DNA of 64,000 nucleotides from Balamuthia mandrillaris. Lineage: Eukaryota. Below are positions 44,365-54,151 of this stretch, piece after piece. Under the pieces are notes generated by a model, which had not been told where the DNA came from, searched no databases, and was given only the letters and a program-made list of their open reading frames with translations. A program made the translations under genes and the position numbers. The stretch lies in NCBI GenBank assembly GCA_031835245.2, contig JAVKOQ020000046.1, positions 62,001 through 126,000 of the forward strand, given 5' to 3'. Within the stretch, counting starts at the first letter, position 1, and each line of letters starts with the position of its first letter.

Positions 44365-44396
44365 TAACGGTTACTTTTATTTTTTTTGGCGGGAAA
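44365..44396. promoter_or_regulatory. Myb/MSA-like element and E2F-type site upstream of Timeless
   Basis: TAACGGTT at 44365-44372; TTTTGGCGGGAAA at 44384-44396. Confidence 0.6.
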
Positions 44397-44612
44397 GTTC
44401 AAGGCTGAACCCTCATACAACTTTGAGGAGCCATAAAAATGGACTTCACATCAGAGATGACCTTTTTTTTCTTTTCTTTCTTTTTTTTCTTTTCTTTCTT
44501 TTTTTTCTTTTCTTTTCTTTTCTTTTCTTTTCTTGTCTTGTCTTGTCTTTCTTTTTCTTTTTGCTGGTGGTGAGGGAGAGAGTAGGTGGTTTGTTGTTAT
44601 TGTGTGGTTTTT

Positions 44613-45691
44613 TTAGCTGATAGGACCCAAGAAATCCTCTTTGATAGAGCCGATAGAGAACTGTTGAAGGAGGCGAGAGTGAGCAAAAGGAAGGTAAAAA
44701 GAAAAGAAAAGAAAAGAAACGAGATAGGATGTACCAGTTCGGAGGCATCAACTCGCGTTCCAACTATCTTCAGACGAACTAAAACCAGCCAACAGAATAA
44801 TAAACATACATAAACTTAAGAAAGAGAAAGCCAGAAGAAGAAAAAAAGAGAAATAAAGAAAAACGGAGCACAGAAAAGAAAGAAATAGAACAGAATAGAG
44901 GGAAGAGAAAAGAGAATAGAAAAAAGAGTAAAAATACATGCCTTCATCATCTTTAGAAATTCGGATGGACTCATCGTCAGAAACAAAACATTCATCGTTG
45001 GCGTCAAAGTTCATGTCAGACGGGATCAAGTGCTTTGATACAAAAACTTGCAATGGTCCCACCTCTGCCATGAAGCCCATCTAGTTTTGTTTGAGTGCGT
45101 TACAGAAACAATAAATGGAATGAAGCAAGCAAATGTTAACAAAACAAACCGCAGAGAGAGAAAGAGAGAAGAGAAAAGAGAAAGACAGAAGAGCGAAAGC
45201 AGAGAAGCAGAGAGAGCGAGAAAGAAGAGTAGAGCGGAAGGAGTAAAGAAAGAGCGGAAGAGCAAAGAGCAAAAGAGAGAGAGAAAAGAGTACCTTGTTC
45301 ACTTGCGTAACAACAGCATCGACGACCTCTCCTTTGAAAGGCCGAAAGACGACAGCTTTGTAGGTGATGGGGAAGGTCACGAAGCCATTGCCGGACACCA
45401 CCTGGCCCTTCCCAATGGAGACGACGGCGGTGACCATGATGATGAAGCCGTAGCGGCCGGAGCAGCTGCCCTCCACCTCCGAGTGGAGCTTTTGGACGAG
45501 GGTGGAGTGGAGGTTCGGCCCAAAGTGGCGCGGGTGCAGCTGCAAGTTTCTTTGCAGTGTAATCTTTCGTATTTATATTGTTTTAAAATAGTAAAGAGAG
45601 ACATGAGATTCATGAGAGAGAGAGGGAGAGAGAGAGAGAGATGTGCATAGACGAATGAACAAAAAAAAAAAAAAGGTACATTGAAGAACAT
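44613..45691 (-). CDS. RPB7: RNA polymerase II subunit RPB7
   Basis: [86 protein letters not shown]; five exons. Confidence 0.97.
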
Positions 45692-45941
45692 GGCGTATGT
45701 GTGTACGAGGAAAGCTGCGGTCACCCTTGTGTTCCTTCTTCCTCTCCTCTTCCTTTCTTTTTCGTTGCTGGCAAGTGTCCTCAACCCGAGGTCAATTTAT
45801 GCTCCAATCCTTCGGGGGTGCTCGTCACGTTGTGGTCATGAATTAATGCCGACCGTCGATAATAATTTAAAATAGTGAATTTTTTTGATAATCACGATAA
45901 AATTGATTTGAGCCAAAAAAGAAAGCAAAAAAAACACAACA

Positions 45942-46096
45942 ATGGGAGGAGGGGAGGAGGTTACCCTGAAGGAGGACTTCTTCATCAACCTTAGAGGCCA
46001 AAAGATCTTCACCAGAAGTTGGGTGCCGCAGCACGTCAAGTAGGGTTTATTCAGCTCTTTTTATGTTATTTTTTTTTCATTGCAGGATTCACTCAG

Positions 46097-46136
<40 letters not shown>

Positions 46137-47528
46137 CTTCTTGCGCAAAACCCATATAAAAAAAAAAAAGGGCTCTCGTTTTCGTGTTTCATGGCTTAGG
46201 TGAGCATTGTGGACGTGAGGCATACCATTTTCTCAGTGCCAAACTCAACCAGCTCAACTACGCTGTCTTTGCTTTGGATCATTACGGTTCGTTCTATTGT
46301 TCTTGTTGCTTCTTGCTTCTTCTTGTTGCTTCTTCCTTCTTTTGCCTCATCACCTTCTTCTTCTGCTGCTTACGGGTATTTTTCTCATCTTGTTTGTCTT
46401 TCTTCTCGTTGAAGGACATGGAAGGTCGGAAGGAGAGAGAGCGTACATTCCCAACTTTGAGCACTTCGCCATGGATGCTTGGCAGTACATTGACCGCGTG
46501 GCCACGCAGTTCCCCTCTAAGCTTCCTCGCTTCGTCTTTGGGTAAGACTCCTTTGTCGTCTCTCGTCTCTCGTCTCGTTATATTCTTATGCTTGCTTCTA
46601 CACTCAGACATTCGATGGGAGGAAGCATTGCTCTGGTGACCATCAAAAAGCGGCCGAGATTCTTCGCAGGAGTGGCGATGACCAGTCCGGCTGTTCAAAA
46701 GGGAGAAGATATCAGCTTCGCAACCATCCTTGCCGCTAGGTCTCATCTAGCACTCTCCTCTTCTTGCTGTTAAATGCTTTTGCTGATAATGTTGGTCACT
46801 CTTCTATCTCAGGTCAATCGCAAAGATTGCTCCGAGAACTCCTATCCAGGGGGTTGATCCCTCTCACGTCAGTCGTGACCCTGAAGTCGGTAAGTTCTGA
46901 ACTGTTCTTTGCTTCTCCCTCCTCTGTTCTTCCTTGCTTCTATTATTTCCGTTTGTTTTTGTTAAAAAAACTGCACGAATAGTAAACCGTGTCTTTTACC
47001 TTTTAATACAGTTAAAAAGTATGTGGAAGATCCGCTCGTCTTTCACGGCAAAATGGCTGCCAAAACTGGGCTGACTTTACTTCAGGTCTCTCTCTCCCTC
47101 TCCCTCGCCCTCTCCCCTCTTCTCTCTCCGTTAAACAAAAATTGACTGTCACTATTTCTAACAGACAGTAGAAGACATTGAAAAGAATGCAGCCTCATGG
47201 GTCCAGATTCCTATCCTCATTTGTCAAGCCGGCGAAGTTTGTTTTTATCTCTCTTATGTCGTTTTTCTTTCTTTTTTTTTTCTGAACGAAACGCTTAAAC
47301 AAAAAGGATAAGCTGGTGAATCCTTCTGGAGCGAAAAACCTGTATGATAAGATAAAGCACGAGAAGAAGGAGCTCAAATGGTACGAAGGGGTCTACCACG
47401 AGCTTCTTCATGAACCCGAACGCGAACAAGTCCTGAACGACATTGTCACTTGGATGGAAGACACTTACAAGGAGAAGATTCGCGCTCAAAGCAACGACAA
47501 CAATAAGAAAGCCAAAGCGAGGTTGTAA
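45942..47528 (+). CDS. Monoglyceride lipase-like alpha/beta hydrolase with C-terminal PTS1-like ARL
   Basis: IFTRSW, FHGLGEH, ALDH|GHGRSEG, G|HSMGG, SRDP, YEGVYHELLHEP; ends KAKARL*. Confidence 0.9.
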
Positions 47529-47542
47529 TTCTCGTATTAACA

Positions 47543-48380
47543 CTAAACTTTCTTCTCGTTCTTGTTTCCATTTTCATTCTCGTCCCATTTTCGTTCAATT
47601 TCTTCTTTGTGTTTTCGTTCTCTTTCCGCTTCCTCTTTGTCTACATCTTCTTCTTCGTCTTCATCTTCTTCATCTTCGTTTGGTTCTTCTTTTTCGTGCG
47701 TTTGATAAGAAGAGTGGATATCTTCCTCTTCTTTCTGGGGGTCCTCAGTGGGTTCATCGGAGGACATCACTCGCAAAAGTTCGTGGTTGAAAGCTTTGGG
47801 ATTATCGATGAAGACGTGGTGACCAGCCTTGGAGATCTGTAGGATGGATACTCTGTTTTGGAGTTTGGCTTTGAGCACAAAACTTGGTTGAATGCTCATT
47901 GCTGAATCCTTTTTTGTTTGACGTTAGCAAGAAGAACAGACAGAGGAGAGAGGAGAAAGGAAGAGGCAAGAGGAAAGGATAAATGGAGAACGTACTGTGC
48001 CATGAATAAAAGTGATAGGAATGGAGGGAGGCAAAAGATGAGCTCTGTCGACCAAAGGAAGTACAGCCCAGTTCAGAGGTACGAGCATCTTTCGAAATAG
48101 TCGTTCTCCGGTTGCTGGCGTTTGTGCATTGATGTGGTATATGTAAAGCAGGACTTGTGCTCTTAGGGAGTTTGTGTAGGAAGAATATTTCTTCTTTACG
48201 GGGGATGCTTTTTGTCCTTCGTTGGTTTGGCCTGCTTGTCCTTCTTCTTCTGAAGAAAATGTCAAACTTCCAAACATATCTTCTATAAATGACTTCACAA
48301 GTAGAGGACCTGCACTCCAAATGGTTTCTGTTAGAGAGGGAGAGGGAGAGAGAGAGAGAGAGAGGGAGAGAGAGCGAAGA

Positions 48381-48416
<36 letters not shown>

Positions 48417-49739
48417 GAAAACGAACCAAGAGGTCCTGCCGTTCGAAGTGGCGAAAAAGGAGACATATGTCTCACAACGGTCTTAGCAATCCGGTTCTTC
48501 TTATTGCCGAGTTTTGGAGGAGCATCATCAACATGCTCTTCCCTTTGCCCATCATCTCGTTGTTGTCGTTCTTCTTTAGTCAATGAATGTTCCTCTTTTC
48601 TCTTTTGAAGTTTCTTATTTCGTTTCTTTTGAAGCCTTCTTATCTTGACTCGCGTTTTAGGAGAGGAGGATACTCCCCATGGCTCCACAAGGACCAACCT
48701 CTTGATTGTTGGGGCACCATATTTCAAACAATAACAAAAGGCTATATAGCCTCCAAATGAATGTCCTGTAGGAGAGTAAGAAACAAGAATAGAGAAAGAA
48801 AAAGAGAAAGAGAAAGAGAAAGAGAAAGAGAAAGAGAAAGAGAAAGAGAAAGAGAAAGAGAAAGAGAAAGAGAAAGAGAAGAGAAGAGAAGAAGAGAAAG
48901 AGAAAGAGAAAGAGAAGAGAAAGAGAAAGAGAAAGAGAAAGAGAAACGACGAAAGAGAAAGAGAAACGACGAAAGAGAAAGAGAAAGAGAAAGAGAAAGA
49001 GAAAGAGAAAGAGAAAGAGAAAGAGAAACGACGAAAGAGAAAGAGAAACGACGAAAGAGAAAGCGAAAGAGAGAACATAAAAAAGAAATAGCCAACCAAC
49101 TAAAGTGAACTGTTGCAAGCCTGTGGCGATACGCCACTGCTCCAACGACTCCACAAAGATGTGCTCGGCCTCCGCTGCAGTGGTGGCCTTGAGGGGAGGA
49201 CGGCTGCTCCTGCCGAAGCCAAGCAGGTCAAGAGCGTAGACTTGGTGCCTCTGCCCCAAAGCCTCCAAGTTGCTGTTTGCATATTTTGAGAAAGAAGAAA
49301 AGAAGAGAGAAGAGAAGAAAGAAGAATAAAGAACGAAGAGAAGGAGAAAAGAAGAAAGAGAAGAAGAAGAAAGAGAAGAAGGAGAAAAAGAAGAAAAAGA
49401 AGAAAGAAGAAGGAAGAAAAAGGAGAAGAGAGAGGCAGATGGAGCGGAAACCTCAGCCATAAGGCAAGACCACCCCCAAAGCCATGCAACAAGACCAAAG
49501 GCGTTCCAGTGCCCAAGGTCACGGTATTGATGAAAACCCCTTCTTCTATCTCCACCACCCTGCTTTCAAATTGTGCCGTCAAACCTGTTGTTATTGTCAT
49601 ATATTACATGTTCTTGTTATTCGTTTTTCCAATGCAAAGAAAGAAAGCCCAAAAGAAATAACGTACGTTGTAGCAGCGCATGCTCAGCGCGAAACAGGTG
49701 CTCCGCTGAAGACCGCCTCCAACGTGCTTTGGCAAGCAT
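47543..49739 (-). CDS. ABHD4/ABHD5 (CGI-58)/Cld1-like alpha/beta hydrolase; start approximate
   Basis: PLVLLHGFGGGLALW, ALDLLGFGRSSRP, FVESLEQWR, GHSFGGY, LVLVEPWG, AGHHVFIDNP (HxxxxD). Confidence 0.87.
48790..49075. repeat. (AGAGAA)n hexamer microsatellite in an intron
   Basis: Visible tandem units interrupted by aacgacg. Confidence 0.9.
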
Positions 49740-49920
49740 GCTCCCTCCGTGCCTCTCCTGCTTCTTCTTGTTGTCTTTTTCTTTTTTTTCTTTCGTTGCA
49801 TTACATTTGCTGAAATTTCCAATTAATTCATTACACGCGAATAGATCGGAAGATAAGAGATCAACCCTTCCCGGTGAGCCAAAGGGGCATTTGGACAAAA
49901 ATCTTGCCGAGAGATTGTTA

Positions 49921-50190
49921 CCGCTTTTTTCCCTGTGGCTCTTCCAGTCCCTCACTTGCCTTCGACAGAGGACGACACCAACAACACCAGAGGGAAAGGC
50001 TTGGCTGGTGGGGCACATGGTCTGCACGGAGGACACCAAAAAAAATGGCTGACTATTTACAACCTGTTTCAGGAGGCTGCACAATTGGCATTCCCCAGCG
50101 ATTAGGCTCAAAGGAATGGGTGCACAACGTCGTCCGTCGTTTTTGAACCGTGAGATCGTCTGGAGAGGGCCACATAAGGAGGTAACCACC
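49921..50190 (+). repeat. Upstream segment, copy 1 of a tandem segmental duplication
   Basis: Shares caccagagggaaa.gcttgg, tgcacggagga, aaaaaatggctgact and gaatgggtgcacaacgtcgt...tttttgaaccgtgagatcgtctggag with 50820-51100. Confidence 0.85.
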
Positions 50191-50381
50191 AACCCTCGTC
50201 TTCAACAAGGTCATAGCTATATCTCCATTAATCGCAAAACTAGACAAATAAACCTGGAGCTTTCTTTCCATGTCTTGTCATTTAAGTTTACATCCCCTCA
50301 TTATGTCTGGGCTTTCTTGGCTTCACTGTTTCCTCTGACTTTGCATAGACAAGCCGGACGTCCCGTGGGATGTTGGAGTTC

Positions 50382-50516
50382 CGTGACAGCCATGGAAGGA
50401 TATTAACACATAGAAAGTTGGAAGGTGGGGAGGCAGAAGTTGACGAAAGCGGTTGCCACTTTAGAGACTGCCCACAACAAAAAGCGTGCTTACAGCATGT
50501 GCCAGGAACACTGTTG
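50382..50516 (+). pseudogene. Decayed paralogue of the zinc-finger genes at 51327 and 52954
   Basis: cgtgacagccATGgaagga, then an early TAA; agaaagttggaaggtggggag and gtgcttacagcatgtgccaggaacactg match both paralogues with deletions. Confidence 0.8.
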
Positions 50517-50819
50517 GATCACAGGACCTGTCTAAACACCGTGCATAGACATATAGCATAAAAGGCTTGTATGGTCAACCGTCACCTTTTCTGCTTCAAC
50601 TTCTTGTTCTTGTTCTTGTTGCTTCTACTCACTTTCCATCTTTTTCATTTGCTCACCTCTTTCATGTACTTCTTCTTGGTTCTCAAAGTTACCAGTGACG
50701 GCCAATCCTTTTGAGTGGCAGAGATGAGCAGATGAACAAGAATGAGAATGAGAACAACGACAAGAACAAGATGAGTTGAGAACAAACTAGGTGCTGCGTA
50801 ACGGACCGGGCGACTTTTC

Positions 50820-51102
50820 CCGCTTTACAATTTTTTTTTTGTGGTTGTTCCTTTGCTCTCTTGCGTTCGTCAGAGGTCAACACCAACACCACCAGAGGGA
50901 AAAGCTTGGCCGGTGGTGCATATGGGTTGCACGGAGGATAGGGAAAAAATGGCTGACTTTTTACAGCCCGGCCGGTTGTCTCAGGGAGGAGATTGCATTC
51001 CATCGTGTTTAATGATTCAAATGAATGGGTGCACAACGTCGTTCTTCGTTTTTTGAACCGTGAGATCGTCTGGAGTGGTGTTCATTAGGAAGTCCACCAA
51101 CC
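50820..51102 (+). repeat. Upstream segment, copy 2 of the duplication
   Basis: See copy 1. A short third remnant, aaaaaatgggtgactttttacagcc, lies at ~52602-52625. Confidence 0.85.
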
Positions 51103-51326
51103 TGTTTGGCGAAATGAAGCAACAAAGCCTATTTGCGGTGTGGTGTTGGCGGAGAGCTCTCTGGGGTGCAGGCGTTACCACCCTACCCTTCCCCGTTTTT
51201 CCTCTTTCTTCTCACGCAAAATAATAGGAGACAAGAGCCCCCCGGCCTGCTCGTTACCGGCGTGATCCAACAAACGAAACCAACGTTTTGCTTGACTATT
51301 GTTCTACCCCCTCGCTGGTGCCAACA

Positions 51327-52364
51327 ATGCCCAGGTGCGGACACTGCAACAAAAACGTCTACCCCCTTGAGTCCATCAAGGCCTTCAACAAGACCTACCA
51401 CACGTTATGCTTCCGATGTGCGACCTGTAATACCAGCTTGAACTCGAAGAACTCGAAGGTCCACGAGGGCCGCCTCTACTGCGACGTTCACCCTCCCCCC
51501 TCCGTGACTGCCAAGGAAGAACACCAAAGCAACAATAACAAAAAGAGAAAGATGGAAGCAGGGGAGGATGAAGCTGACGTTGGCAAAAACCGCGTTTGCC
51601 ACAAAAGAGGTTGCAACAAAAAGAACAACAAAAGGTGTGCTTACAGCATGTGCCAGGAACACTGCGGTCAGCTTGGCAAAAAGGAACAATTGGATCGTTG
51701 TTCAGAACACGCTTCAGCCATCGCCAGGTTAAGCCCAGGCTTTCCTGCAAGCTCAAGCCAAACGAAGACGACACCTTTGCGCAGTTCTTCTACTTCTTCT
51801 TCTTCTTGTTCTTCTTCTTCTTCTTCTTCTTCTTCTTCTTCTTCTTCTTCTTCTTCTCCCTCTACTTCTGCGTGTGCTGCTTCGTCTTCAACCTCCCTTC
51901 CTATCCCTCCTTCTTTAACTCTTTCGGGTTCTACGCCGGCATTTTCTTTTTCTTCTGTGAAAGCCCAACCTCCATCCCCGTCCTCAACGAGGCCCTCAGC
52001 TGGTAGATACGTTTCTTCTGCTCCTACTTCTCCTTCTCGTTTCTCATCGTCCGCCACTTCCACCGTTGGTGCGGCTCCTCCTTCTTCCCAGTCAGTTTCG
52101 AACAGTTCTGGATTGTCCGACGCATCACCGTCTTCTTCTGCTTCGCCTACCCCATCTTCCCCGTCGGCTGATCCCCCAAAAGGTCTTGCGGTGGCATTTT
52201 CGCGGACTTTCTCTACTTCAGCACCAGCTCCACAGGGTACCACCCAGACGACAGCTGATAACCAGCCATCTGTGAACTATTGCCACAACTGTCGCAACGA
52301 CCTTAGGAAGGTAACAAGCCCCAAATATTGTTTCAACTGCGGAATCGAACTGCCGCAAGCTTGA
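51327..52364 (+). CDS. Intronless LIM domain + Cys/His finger + Ser-rich linker + double zinc ribbon protein
   Basis: LIM: CGHC..VY..E.....YH..CFRCATC...L......EGRLYCDVH; KKRK basic motif; CHKRGC.......CAYSMCQEHC...CSEH; C-terminal YCHNC...KYCFNCG. Confidence 0.82.
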   Translation: MPRCGHCNKNVYPLESIKAFNKTYHTLCFRCATCNTSLNSKNSKVHEGRLYCDVHPPPSVTAKEEHQSNNNKKRKMEAGEDEADVGKNRVCHKRGCNKKNNKRCAYSMCQEHCGQLGKKEQLDRCSEHASAIARLSPGFPASSSQTKTTPLRSSSTSSSSCSSSSSSSSSSSSSSSSPSTSACAASSSTSLPIPPSLTLSGSTPAFSFSSVKAQPPSPSSTRPSAGRYVSSAPTSPSRFSSSATSTVGAAPPSSQSVSNSSGLSDASPSSSASPTPSSPSADPPKGLAVAFSRTFSTSAPAPQGTTQTTADNQPSVNYCHNCRNDLRKVTSPKYCFNCGIELPQA

Positions 52365-52953
52365 ATGTGGAATCTTCGAACGTGCCGTTTGGGGAACCAT
52401 TCTGCCAGCAACATCTCCATTGTAGAAATACAAACACAAGGCCTGCTTAATTAACAAAAAAAATAAATAAATAAAATAAAAAACAGCGAACTTCCTTGCC
52501 TCGTTCTCTTGTCTTTGTGTCTTTCTTTCCTTCGCCCCTTTACCTTGCATTCTGTGATTCTTGACTTGATGTTTCCTACGGCTGTCCACGGCGGCCACGA
52601 AAAAAATGGGTGACTTTTTACAGCCAAGCCGGGTGTCCCGCCCCGTCGGGCTTAACGGTACCGCCCAAGTTTTATTCGACTTTTAATGAGACCACACATT
52701 AAATGTGTGTGTGTAATTGAACAAAATGGGTCTTGGTTTAGGAAAAAAACCCACTGGCATTACTGTACGTTATGTGGGCGAACGCCGTGCACTTTTTGCA
52801 ATTTTCTCTCCGCAAGTTCCATTTGTGGTGGTGGTTGTCGGAGAGCTCTCAGGCTGGGAAGCTTATACCCATCCGAAAAAAAATTTACCTCTTTCTTATC
52901 GTCCACAATTACGGGAGTAAAGCGCCCGCACGCCCGCAACAACCGTGACTGCC

Positions 52954-54021
52954 ATGGAAGGACACCACAGCAACAATAACAAAAAGAGAAAGTTGGAGGG
53001 TGGGGAGGACAAGGCAGAAGTTGGCAAAACCGTTTGCCACTACAGAGGATGCTCCAAAAGGAACAACAAAAAGTGTGCTTACAGCATGTGCCAGGTACAC
53101 TGTGGCCAGCTTAGGAATATCGAGCAACTGAGTCGTTGTTCAGAACACGCTTCTGCCATGGCCAGGTCCAGCCCAGGCTTTCCTGCATGCTCAAACCAAC
53201 CGAAGCCGACTTGTTTGCCCGGCGGTTCTTCTTCTTATTCATCTTCATCTTCATCTGCTTCTCCTTGTTCTTCTTCTTCTTCTCCTCCTCCTCCTCCTCC
53301 TCCTCCTTCTTCTTCTTCTTGTTCTTCTTCTTCTTCTTCTTGTTCTGTTTCTTCTTCTTCTTTGTGTTCTTCTTCTTCTTCTTTGTGTTCTTCTTCTTCT
53401 TCTTGTTCTTCTTCTTCTTCTTCTTGTTCTTCTTCTTCTTCTTCTTGTTCTGTTTCTTCTTCTTCTTCTTTGTGTTCTTCTTCTTCTTCTTTGTGTTCTT
53501 CTTCTTCTTCTTCTTCAGGTTTCTCCTTCTCCTCATCTACTTCACCATCAACTTCTCTTATTCCCACTCCTTTTGCTCTTCCCGCTTCTACCCCAACCAC
53601 TGCTTCTTTTTCTTGGTCTTCCTCTCCTTCTGCGATAGCAACACTTCCAACCTCGTCTTCTGTGAGGCCTGTTAGGAATGCTTCTTCTGCTCCTTCTTCT
53701 CCTTCTTCTCGTGTTTTGTGGTCTTCATCTTCCACCACAACGGCTGCTCCTCCTTCCCCTTTATCAGCACGCAGTTCATGCTCGTCATCGTCGTCTTCTG
53801 CTCCGCCTACCCCAGGTCCTGGCTATCCCTCTACACCACATTCGTTGTCGAGCTCCCCCCGTTCCTCTTTTTCAGCGTCATCTCTGGAAGCAACGAGTAA
53901 CCAGCATGCCACTCCGAGCAGAAGGCCCCGTGTGAACTATTGCCATCGCTGTCGCAACAACCTCACGAACATAAAAGAACCTGTTTATTGTTTTAGGTGC
54001 GGAATCGAACTTTTGCAATGA
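52954..54021 (+). CDS. Paralogue of 51327..52364 lacking the LIM domain
   Basis: HSNNNKKRK, the Cys/His finger and VNYCH.CRN.L....YCF.CGIEL are conserved; the 3' flank tgaatgtggaatcttc is shared. Confidence 0.75.
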   Translation: MEGHHSNNNKKRKLEGGEDKAEVGKTVCHYRGCSKRNNKKCAYSMCQVHCGQLRNIEQLSRCSEHASAMARSSPGFPACSNQPKPTCLPGGSSSYSSSSSSASPCSSSSSPPPPPPPPSSSSCSSSSSSCSVSSSSLCSSSSSLCSSSSSCSSSSSSCSSSSSSCSVSSSSSLCSSSSSLCSSSSSSSGFSFSSSTSPSTSLIPTPFALPASTPTTASFSWSSSPSAIATLPTSSSVRPVRNASSAPSSPSSRVLWSSSSTTTAAPPSPLSARSSCSSSSSSAPPTPGPGYPSTPHSLSSSPRSSFSASSLEATSNQHATPSRRPRVNYCHRCRNNLTNIKEPVYCFRCGIELLQ

Positions 54022-54151
54022 ATGTGGAATCTTCAAAAAGTTAAACGGCCGTTTAGGGGACATTAAAAGCGGGTACACCTCTTGCGACAGAAACGTCTCC
54101 ATTGTTTAGAATATTCGAAACAAGTTTGGCAAAGACAAAATAAATGATTGT

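Noticed and set aside
49921..52625. Direct repeats as LTRs or transposon ends
   Set aside because: No gag/pol/transposase, TG..CA ends or target-site duplication seen. Homology extends into coding and 3' regions, which fits tandem gene duplication.
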